Below are positions 32,101-40,300 of a stretch of DNA of 64,000 nt, piece by piece (position 1 is the first letter of the stretch; each line of letters begins with the position of its first letter). This DNA is from Cyanidioschyzon merolae. Its lineage: Eukaryota. Where the stretch lies: the NCBI GenBank assembly GCA_000091205.1, contig AP006490.2; one strand, 5' to 3'. The notes under the pieces were generated by a model. The model worked only from the letters and a program-made list of their open reading frames with translations, did not search any database and had not been told where the DNA came from. Both the position numbers and the translations under genes were made by a program.

Positions 32101-33144
32101 TCGGGCGAGAGAAGCGCTCGATGCGACTTGCAGCTGCTGACCGTGACCCGTTGAGAAACCAGTTGCAGCGGCTGTAGCTCGATGTGATGCAGCTCGGGCA
32201 TCCTTGTCTGCGCCACCTGGAGCGGGATCTTCATGAAAGAGTCGCGCGACTCGGGCGAGAGAAGCGCTCGATGCGACTTGCAGCTGCTGACCGTGACCCG
32301 TTGAGAAACCAGTTGCAGCGGCTGTAGCTCGATGTGATGCAGCTCGGGCATCCTTGTCTGCGCCACCTGGAGCGGGATCTTCATGAAAGAGTCGCGCGAC
32401 TCGGGCGAGAGAAGCGCTCGATGCGACTCGCAGCTGCTGACCGTGACCCGTTGAGAAACCAGTCCTCATTGCAGACTTTGCTTTGTCAAAGTTCATTGCC
32501 TCTGCCCGTGTCCCCATGTGCTGTAAATCACCGACACGTTCGACTCCGGTTGCTTCTGTTGATCGGGTAAACACGCGCAACAGTTTCTCATTAGCAGGGC
32601 ACGTACCCGTCGCTTTGTCATCGATGCGAGCGCGCCCTGGAGACGCGTTCGGTGCGTGAACTAGCGATAATGCTGCACAACCAGCACCATATCGTTCCTT
32701 ATCTCCTAAGGGTGTGTCAAAAATAGCACTAGTTTCTAGGAACCTGGTCGGTTTTCTACCAAACGCGACATCCGCTGTACTGCCTTCATTATCGGATACT
32801 TGCGACTTGAAGTCACAGTGGTTGGGTTCCACGTTCCAGCTGTGTATTCCTTCGTGTCGGAGATCAGCGTCGCTCCGACCGAGTTCCTGCGTTATGCTCG
32901 TCGGTGTGCAGGTATCTACGCGGTCGACGATAAGCGACTGGGGCGGGTTTTCCATAGGCGCCGACCCAGCCCCCGTTTGCGCCGCTGCGTGCGGGAAACG
33001 GCTATGTTCTCCCAAGGCGACAAGATAGCAAGCCAACAAACCACTATTCAGGGCACTTTCGCTCTTCTTGAGACGTTCCGCTCGAGTCTCACACCGCAGT
33101 CGAAGCAGACAACCGACGTTCTGCTGGCCTTCAGCGCGACACAC
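29158..33144 (-). CDS. BRCA2-like protein with three near-identical BRC repeats, 1328 aa
   Basis: TGFSTGHGQQLQVASSASLARVARLFHE occurs three times, with a degenerate fourth. It matches the BRC consensus F-x-T-A-S-G-K-x-i-x-v-S-x-x-s-L-x-k-a-x-x-l-F. About 1000 further residues could hold a DNA-binding domain. I could not verify the OB folds by eye. Confidence 0.55.
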   Translation of the reverse strand: MCRAEGQQNVGCLLRLRCETRAERLKKSESALNSGLLACYLVALGEHSRFPHAAAQTGAGSAPMENPPQSLIVDRVDTCTPTSITQELGRSDADLRHEGIHSWNVEPNHCDFKSQVSDNEGSTADVAFGRKPTRFLETSAIFDTPLGDKERYGAGCAALSLVHAPNASPGRARIDDKATGTCPANEKLLRVFTRSTEATGVERVGDLQHMGTRAEAMNFDKAKSAMRTGFSTGHGQQLRVASSASLARVARLFHEDPAPGGADKDARAASHRATAAATGFSTGHGQQLQVASSASLARVARLFHEDPAPGGADKDARAASHRATAAATGFSTGHGQQLQVASSASLARVARLFSEEAENRPPVACDASPFSEIKSIEDCHIRQEFANSRAFPCEFRNQDASSMSIDCGMNEPQVAHMGPSSCVNAYAAPSKRCIWPASNSNLPRKRPPCSMDNSKRAGNINDQDNGISVCHARPPFADVTSVEAPARPLSSRARRFTPPSKAEAPMTSIHRSKTSTDAHGAGDAPEIQSLPVCPEHDPKAGAHAAFRGDAARRTGYWSPALVPKCFPRPPCDIDLEHPSVHAIRAAFAPWESIRFRFKCSRNDADALITKLESLHATGRDDTATERLVTKLRAQGAVLDAWDFFCFFCVDDTVQENPKPDPTDTFWLVSQQDFEPTVNASQVVNRVGSLAWFRRYWCLIIYEMSLIELAVPQALFGRVLTVWQVLYQLIGRFWRCHRRMEQQRSSSMFEAIARAPDAFSYLPPMRLLLVPGYDCETSIETEHVCLLLCDGHYLVFAKGTQPVEAWLHHLRVFAATERALQYRPQIGYRSVSAPHRLWTRAGCLYIGAARVECSAAAPHHASRRSIRTAAAQIERISLTLSLNSVHPAPLFQKQRWSMKRIGDSVHQAIGRVQSALMAVTLPQTDPLGGTVPALDVVLHRVHPLRFVAETLHHHQQQRQLDKNGAYVSPRQPGTLPGKPRYLLSATYTAQIVADAEHGQLHACPVPIFSWSPDAAPRTPGAWSACGHPEHLESDACTDAVHASGHVDKFPPKIGSLLTLGVADPLGKHLAKVEVWDCPLDLAQLLRTKYEGSLVRLCCVVPVSAQPGVWRLLGSAKFGVNIVPLETDGKLGARVFTRRVYVHWPRQRIRVSGLETLTPFDTFDAAPGLRLLYVGALRGGDIRQAQRYAYAADDPDGPLLVIRLRYEDAVHPPRCLALDSRSSNGTDARISPVYPLIHFEHCQYRCYESALDAHVVDATPYTTWHASPENDADACAACVAFEDIACIASRIAHGQALGHLLRRCRERRRARVKAWISKGAFFRSNVSEPG
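32087..32462. repeat. Tandem repeat, 150-bp unit x2.5, coding the BRC repeats (near-identical at DNA level)
   Basis: Units start at about 32101, 32251 and 32401 and are almost identical (tcgggcgagagaagcgctcgatgcgacttgcagctgctgaccgtgacccgttgagaaacc...). The period of 150 is a multiple of 3 and in frame with the BRCA2-like ORF. Confidence 0.9.
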
Positions 33145-33277
33145 CGTTTCTCAGCCACGGGGATTCGAACGAGAGCGCCGAGCGCCAGGCGTAGCGCGGG
33201 GGTGGCCCTGGGCGCCGCACACGCATCGGCATGCATTCTGAATGGGCAGAATTATATAATAATGATTCATAAGGTGC

Positions 33278-34210
33278 ATGATGCATGCATGCCCCATTCT
33301 GATCACGACTCGTCTACGGACGCCACAACATGAAAACATCATCGATTCATATGATCCTTGCAATAGGCAGTGTGCGTACCCTATGGCGTTCTACAGCTCT
33401 TTATCGCGTCCGCATTGGTATCGACTACTACGGGTGCAGGTGCTGAGGCTTTCGATCGAAAATCGACAGGAAACGTGCAGGTTGGCGTTTCATGAGCAGA
33501 AAAGGAACTGGCGGCAGTTTGCGTCTGCAAACGGCAATGCTGCTGGTGCTGCTGACGGGAACGCTGTACCCAACGTAGAGCCTTCGGGAACGGAGCAGAG
33601 CTCGAAGGAACCTAATGATCTTTGTACGCTAGAATCTCAGAGGAAAGCGGTTCTAGATCGGATGATTCGTGTAGATCACGCAGGCGAGATCGGTGCTCGC
33701 CGCATCTACGACGGGCAGTTACGCGTCCTCGGAGGTACGCCCGCAGCCCCAATCATACACCACATGGCGGAGCAGGAACGACGGCACGCAGAAGTCTTCG
33801 ATGAGCTCGTAAAGCGGTACCGGGTGCGGCCGACAGCGCTACTACCGCTTTGGAACTTGGCCGGCTTCTTACTGGGTGCTGGTACAGCGTTATTGGGGCG
33901 CGAGTCCGCCATGGCCTGCACCGTTGCCGTCGAAGAGGTCGTGGCACAACACTACGATGATCAGCTGCGGGAGCTCATTGCTTTGGAGAAACAGCACGCC
34001 TCGGTAGACGGAGATGTTGGACCCGCAGGAGCAGCCAAATCGCCTGAAGCGCAGCTGCGTCACTACATCCGACAGTTTCGTGACGAGGAGCTAGAACACA
34101 AGGATACTGGTCTGGAACACGGCGCCGAGCTGGCTCCGGCATATCGTTTACTTTCTTTCGCTGTGCGAACAGCATGCCGCGCAGCTATATTCGTTAGCGA
34201 ACGGATCTAA
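33278..34210 (+). CDS. COQ7: COQ7 / CLK-1 (5-demethoxyubiquinone hydroxylase, di-iron carboxylate). The likely start is an internal Met after an N-terminal presequence.
   Basis: RVDHAGEIGARRIYDGQ, HHMAEQERRHAEVFDEL, LRHYIRQFRDEELEHKDTG. These are the COQ7 di-iron ligand repeats (E-x-x-H). Confidence 0.85.
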   Translation: MMHACPILITTRLRTPQHENIIDSYDPCNRQCAYPMAFYSSLSRPHWYRLLRVQVLRLSIENRQETCRLAFHEQKRNWRQFASANGNAAGAADGNAVPNVEPSGTEQSSKEPNDLCTLESQRKAVLDRMIRVDHAGEIGARRIYDGQLRVLGGTPAAPIIHHMAEQERRHAEVFDELVKRYRVRPTALLPLWNLAGFLLGAGTALLGRESAMACTVAVEEVVAQHYDDQLRELIALEKQHASVDGDVGPAGAAKSPEAQLRHYIRQFRDEELEHKDTGLEHGAELAPAYRLLSFAVRTACRAAIFVSERI

Positions 34211-34460
34211 GTACGAAGCGTGTTTCACCAATGCGGGGGCGTGTCGGTCTCGCATGGAGCGCGAGCTGAAGTGCGACTGAGCTCCATGTTTTGACGAAAG
34301 ACCCAGACACGACCGCACGGACTTTATTGTGCATGAGACCCAAACTCACGGCTGTACCGACGTTAACCGCGTGTTCTTTGGAGAGTCACGTTGCACGGAG
34401 CGGAGATGCTGCATGGGCTAGCCAGCCGTCTTTATAGCCTTTTATTTCGGTTGTGTTTCA

Positions 34461-35052
34461 CACCCAGGTGCGAGCAATGAAATGCGATTTCGCGGTTCAT
34501 AGCAGGTACGTTCCAAGTGCGTTCTTTTTCAAGAATAAAAAATCCAAGGGAGAGGTATGCGCATGGAATCGGGGATCTTAGAGGCCTGTCAGCATCGGGT
34601 GACTGAAAAAAGACGAGGAAAAAATCCTCGTCTTGCCGCGCATTGCGCAAGGAAGAGCAAATACGGAAGAAGAAGAGTGGTGATAGTCGAGAAACGGAAT
34701 TCGCCCGACGCTACGTTGCCGAGACTCTAGTGGAAGACAAAGCACGAGTGCTAGCCATTTTCGCAATGGTGCGTTCCACCTGCGTCAATGCATGCAAGGA
34801 GTTCATCAATCGACACTTCAGTGGCACCATCAACATAAGACGATGTGTCGTGCTGAAGACGGGACACGAGAAGCTGATGTGATACAACTTCGTTGGACAG
34901 CCTCTCAGTCTCGAAGCATGCCTGGATAAACTGAAGCCGATAGCAGGCCGCTGGTCAAAATAGGCTGGGAGGCGTCACTGGATGGTTATCGGTTTACCGT
35001 CCATGGTCGTGGGTCAGTTTTTTTGTTTCATCGACATGTACATATAATCTGC
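34461..35052 (+). mobile_element. Internally deleted (non-autonomous) derivative of the Fanzor-like element: 5' end-like block, C-terminal RuvC-III fragment, conserved 3' noncoding block
   Basis: It aligns along its length with the copy at 47174-47745, with the 5' block and the last roughly 75 bp (up to the ATGTACATAT terminus) shared only between these two. The internal ORF 34643-34882 encodes ...RSTCVNACKEFINRHFSGTINIRRCVVL (compare EFVNRDFNATINIRRCAVL of the long copy). GGGAGGCGTC is at 34967-34976. Confidence 0.55.
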
Positions 35053-35518
35053 ATGCAGTATCTGCTGCACCAGACAGATCATCAAGCGAACAGTGGCAGA
35101 TAAATCACTGCTGGACACTCGTGCGAGATTTTGGGGAATATCGGCAACATGCACGTTGCCATGGAAAGGACCTCCCATCATCGGAACTGAAAGACATAGA
35201 AACGCGCCTCAGAAGAACCCTAGACTACCATTTCCGTCTCGGTTTGTAGCCAGACGAACGGTACTTGGTATCATCTCTTCACCGTTACGGAATGGCAATC
35301 CCTATCGCCCAAGCGCTATCCACAAATATGTGTCTCGATCAGCGCCACCGCATCCGCGTGGTTCTTTAGTTCGCTTCTGGTGCCGACTTCTGTCAGTGCG
35401 GCGCCCGAAGAGACTTGATGCATTGTCCACGACCTAAAGGCGTCCGAATCATCGTAGCGACTGACCCAGAATACGACGTCATCGATCTGAGCGTGCAACA
35501 TGTGGTGCAAAATTCGCA

Positions 35519-36502
35519 GTGGAGTTTTCGCATCTGATCCATGCACGTTGTTCCAGCGCACCGTTTGAGACCCCGAACTACACTTACTGTGTGACGTACC
35601 TGATCCACAACACGGAACGAACGCCTATGACCGGCTCTAGGGGTCCCAAAATGCACAAATCTCCAGAACCAGAGGCAGTGCGTTCCATTCTGTGTGAAGA
35701 GGAAGCCGTCTCTCCTGCACGGGATGGAGGCACGAGAGTGCGAGCACCCGCACGCTCATCAGCCGCAGAATCCCATATTGAGCACTGGTCTAGGAAGAGC
35801 GCCGCTTCTATGTGGTCCAGATATGCGCTGAGAAGCACGACACTGAAAATGTACGCGCAGATCCTCGATCAAGGTTGGAACGAGGTTCACCGCGACACTG
35901 CGCATCTACTTGGTGTCGAACGGACATCGCGTGCGAACATCCCTCGGACAGCGTCTCTATCAAAGTCAGCGATCCATTGTGTCTATACAGTTAAGAGCCC
36001 TGTCGTAGCAAGTTCAAGTGGTGCCGCATATCCATTCTTCGCAGAGCACGGAGTTGATCTGTTTAGCAGCAAGGCAGCTGGCGAGACGCAGAGCCTCCCA
36101 GGCACCTGTTCTCTGATTCACGGATACTATACCGAATCTATTTTGAGCGCCGGATGCAGACAAGGTACATATCGTTGGAACGCGAACCATCGACCGGAAA
36201 CGCGACGCGCAAAGTGGCACCAAGCCTGCCCTCGTCTGAAGCGAGGCTCACAAATGCCTTGGAACTGCGGCATCGAAACCATCTACCCACACCTGTCCCG
36301 TATCAAGATCGAAAACACCCTTGAAACCCTTGTCTGTCAAGGGTGCATGCCGGATCCGACCAACTGCCATGTGAGTAGGTCAGTGCATCGCGTCTGTGGT
36401 GAAGAGAGCGTACGGAGGCGTGTAGCGGGCTGGGCGCTCCCCCAGGAGCCATGGCGATATCGGGAGCATCGCGCTTTCAGCATCTCGACGGAAGGGTTGT
36501 AG
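35519..36502 (+). CDS. hypothetical ORF (327 aa); doubtful
   Basis: Long ORF but low-complexity and Cys/Arg-rich, with no recognisable domain. Confidence 0.2.
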   Translation: MEFSHLIHARCSSAPFETPNYTYCVTYLIHNTERTPMTGSRGPKMHKSPEPEAVRSILCEEEAVSPARDGGTRVRAPARSSAAESHIEHWSRKSAASMWSRYALRSTTLKMYAQILDQGWNEVHRDTAHLLGVERTSRANIPRTASLSKSAIHCVYTVKSPVVASSSGAAYPFFAEHGVDLFSSKAAGETQSLPGTCSLIHGYYTESILSAGCRQGTYRWNANHRPETRRAKWHQACPRLKRGSQMPWNCGIETIYPHLSRIKIENTLETLVCQGCMPDPTNCHVSRSVHRVCGEESVRRRVAGWALPQEPWRYREHRAFSISTEGL

Positions 36503-37311
36503 AGAGCTGCCACCGTCCGCTCTAAAGCGTAGATCTTTCTCAACTTCTTCTGGAGCAACGCTCTACAATTTTCTGTGCTGTCTGGAACGAAGATCCATAC
36601 TGCAATCGTCTAGCACGTGCGCTCCGCTCGGGTTGCCGGCAGGTGCATGCACGAGTCTCCATTAGCTGTGCCCCTGTGCTTTGTCATAACGCTATATATG
36701 TACTTTCCCAGTCTGTACAGCGTCGGAGCTACCGCGAATTCGAGTGTAACCGCCAGAGACGCGCAGTTTCGCTCAGTGGCAACGAATAGCTCCTGCCGCG
36801 CAATCTTACCTCTTTTCCCGAGGAATCAGTAGGTACTGCTTCCCGAACTGCTCCTCTGGTTCACATCCCTGTTTTGAGGCGTCAAGGCCCTGCGATTCGC
36901 AAGGCAGTAGCGCCCCCGTCCGTTGCAGAGCTCCACTGGACTGGGTGTACCCAGCGCTTCGGCCTGAAGGCAGATAACTCGACACGTCGGCCTCGTACAG
37001 CGGCCCTGTAGCGCTTATGCACTGCTTAAACCCAGTGGACTGGAGTTATCCAACTCTGACTCCAGAAAGAAGAACAACACTTTACCAGTTGGCGGTAAAA
37101 CAAAAGCCACTCCTGGAACGCTTTTCGGGCAACGATCGCCTGTGCAGCGCGTCAACGCGAACTCGTTGCCGTTTCCCCAGACTGGAGCGCCTTTCCTGCG
37201 TCGTGCGTTGCTAGCTACGAGTCAAGTCGGCACAAAGCCGGACTTTAGCAGAGGTAGTGGTCCAGTCTAGCACGTACGTCGCTATGGCCGTCTTTTTCCA
37301 GGGCAGCAACA

Positions 37312-40300
37312 GTGGCTTCAGTAGCGGTACCGTCTTTTGAGTGTGTAGAGGTCCTCAGCATGCCTTCGTTGGTGTCACGCGTCTCGAGGCTTCCAGTCGA
37401 AAACGACGACGAGCACTTGACGGACGCTAGCAACGATGATGCGCTTACAAATGAAACAAAAAGCGAGTACTCCGAAGCTCTCTCGACAGCTATGAGTGCA
37501 TCTTTGAGTCTCGATACAACCAAGGAGCTTCCCGTGGTGTACGCAGAGCCGTACCGCGCTATGCTCGTGGATCAGTTGCTTCTCGAGTCGACGCGGACCC
37601 GGTCGACTTCCGTCAGCTTCACGAGAGGGATAGGCGCTGAGCTGGACGATTCTATGGGCAACCAAAACGGATCCGTTTGCGAACTTGCAGCGCAGCCGGA
37701 AACCAACCTCACACCGAGCGGCACACCGAACTTGGCCGGCAGTTGGCAACGCCCTAGCCGCTTTGAGACACCGCACGGCTCGTTGGACACCATTGTTCAC
37801 TATTTGGAGAATGTCCGCCAAGATATTCGCGCAGAAAACATATCAGAAAAGTACGTTCCCGGGACGCCAGCGGCAACACTCGAGGTACTGGACCCCACCC
37901 AGATTCTCAAGTCCTGGCGAGTTCGAGATCGATTCAAGACAGCAGCAGTCGCGTTGGTGCTCTGCCTCAATGTAGGCGTGGATCCACCTGATGTCATCAA
38001 ACCGACACCATGTGCTCGGGTCGAGTGCTGGATCGACCCCTTCAGTATGTCACCGCAGAAAGCATTGGACTCGATCGGCAAAGCGCTGCAGCTACAATAC
38101 GAACGATGGCAACCACGTGCTCGGTATCGGGTGCTCACAGATCCGGTCGCGGATGAGGTCAAGAAACTCTGCCTAGGTCTACGTCGAACTGCGCGTGAGG
38201 AGCGGGTGCTGTTCCACTTCAACGGCCACGGGGTACCGAGACCAACCGCCAACGGCGAGATCTGGGTCTTCAATAGAAACTATACGCAGTACATCCCGCT
38301 GAGCCTCTATGACTTGCAGAGTTGGCTGGGAGCTCCAGCGGTCTATGTTTTTGATTGTCCTGCTGCTGGACTGGCGATACGTGCCTACCTCCAGTTTGCC
38401 GAGCAGCGCGAGCATGAACAGCCGTACCAGCAGCACCAGACGGGAGCGTCGCATCCCCATATGGGTGCAGAGGACGTTCCAGTGCAGAGTGCCGCGTTGG
38501 CTAGTAGTAGTAGCGGCGGCGGCGCCAACGCTCGAACAAGTCGTGCTAGTTTGGCAGGCGAGTCACTCGCAGCGGGTGAACGTGCGGCAGCTGCTTCCAG
38601 CGCATCGAGCTATGCCTCCTTCGTGCGTGACTCGTTCCTGCTGGGCGCTTGCCAGGCCGATGAATCGTTACCGACTACCCCGGACTTGCCGGCGGATTTG
38701 TTCACAGCCTGCTTGACGACGCCCATCAAGATTGCACTGCGGTGGCAGGCACTGCGCTCTGCAGGGAGAAGCATCACGATGGACATGATTGATCGCATAC
38801 CTGGACGTTTGAATGATCGAAAAACCATGCTCGGTGAGTTGAACTGGATCTTCACGGCGGTTACCGACACGATAGCGTGGAACACATTCCCACGAGCAAC
38901 GTTCAAGCGACTCTATCGCCAGGATCTGCTGGTTGCGAGCCTTTTCCGCAATTTCCTTCTGGCTGATCGCTTAATGCGGCAGTTTAACTGTACACCGGTG
39001 AGCTATCCCCCGTTACAGGCAACACATCAGCACCCGCTTTGGCAGGCCTGGGATCATGCTGTCGAAGAGTGCTTCGCACGGTTGCCGTCCTTGTTGCAGC
39101 AGGACGCATCGGAAGGTCGCGTTTCGGGAACGGGAGCAACAACTTGCCTGGCAATGCGCACCGTGGCTGCCGCTGGTGCTGGACGAATGGCAACTGCTGG
39201 TCCGTTGCTGAACAACGCGAACCCGCTCCACCAGGGTTACGGCGGCATGGGAGGCGTCGCCGTCCCTGCTGCTGCTGCTGCTGCTGCGAATACGACAGTA
39301 GCGCAGGCGCCTATCCACTTGCTTCCTAATGCACCGACGGATCCTGGCGCTCCACTGACCGCGGCGAATCATCTGATGCGTCCAGAGCCGCGTGGGAATC
39401 TGGAAGTGCTCCACGACCTCTACGACTATCGTGAGGCCGGCACCACCTCGTGCCGAACGCACGACACAGTGCAAGCGCAGACACACCATGTCGGAGGAAT
39501 GCATCGAGTGCAGGGGCCTGGTGTCACCAATCCAGCGGCACAGCCGACGCTGGACCTCTCGGCAGCGACTGGAGCCGGATCGAACGAGACGGGTTTGACG
39601 GCCCCGCTGTACGCTCACTCGCCCAGCGAAGGAGACGTATCGCTGCCGAGTCCGTTCTTTGAGAACCAGATGGCTGCGTTCGAGGTGTGGTTGGACTTGC
39701 CCGCACATCGACGAAGTCCTCCAGAGCAGCTACCAATCGTCCTGCAGGTGCTCTTGTCACAGGCGCATCGTCTACGTGCGCTTCAGCTTCTCTCTCGCTT
39801 CCTGGATACCGGCCCCTGGGCCGTTGACCTGGCGCTCTCGGTAGGCATCTTTCCGTACGTCTTGCGGCTACTCCAGAGTCCAGCTGCAGAGCTTCGCGCG
39901 GAGCTCGTGTTCATCTGGGCGAAGATCTTGGCCGTTGATCCGGCGTGCACAGAGGAACTATTCAAAGAGAGTGGCGAGCGTTACTTTCTCACCAGCTACG
40001 CTGCTGAGGACGCGAGCGCTGTGCACCTGGCTTGTGCGGCCTTCGTGCTCTGCCATGTGTTGAACAAAGCCGTGGACGCATTCGGGGATGCGAATCTCCT
40101 CGCACTCTTCCTTCAGCGCCTGGAGCATGCCTCTGAACCGGTCCGCCGCTGGACGCTCTTCTGCCTAACAGCCTGGATGGAGTCAAGTCGAAAAGTGCCT
40201 TCCACGGGGACCGTCTCGACAGTACTGGAGCTGTTGCGCACGGACCTGTCGCCCAAGGTGCGCGCTGCCGCAGCACAGACGCTAGCAACGATGTTGCGCT

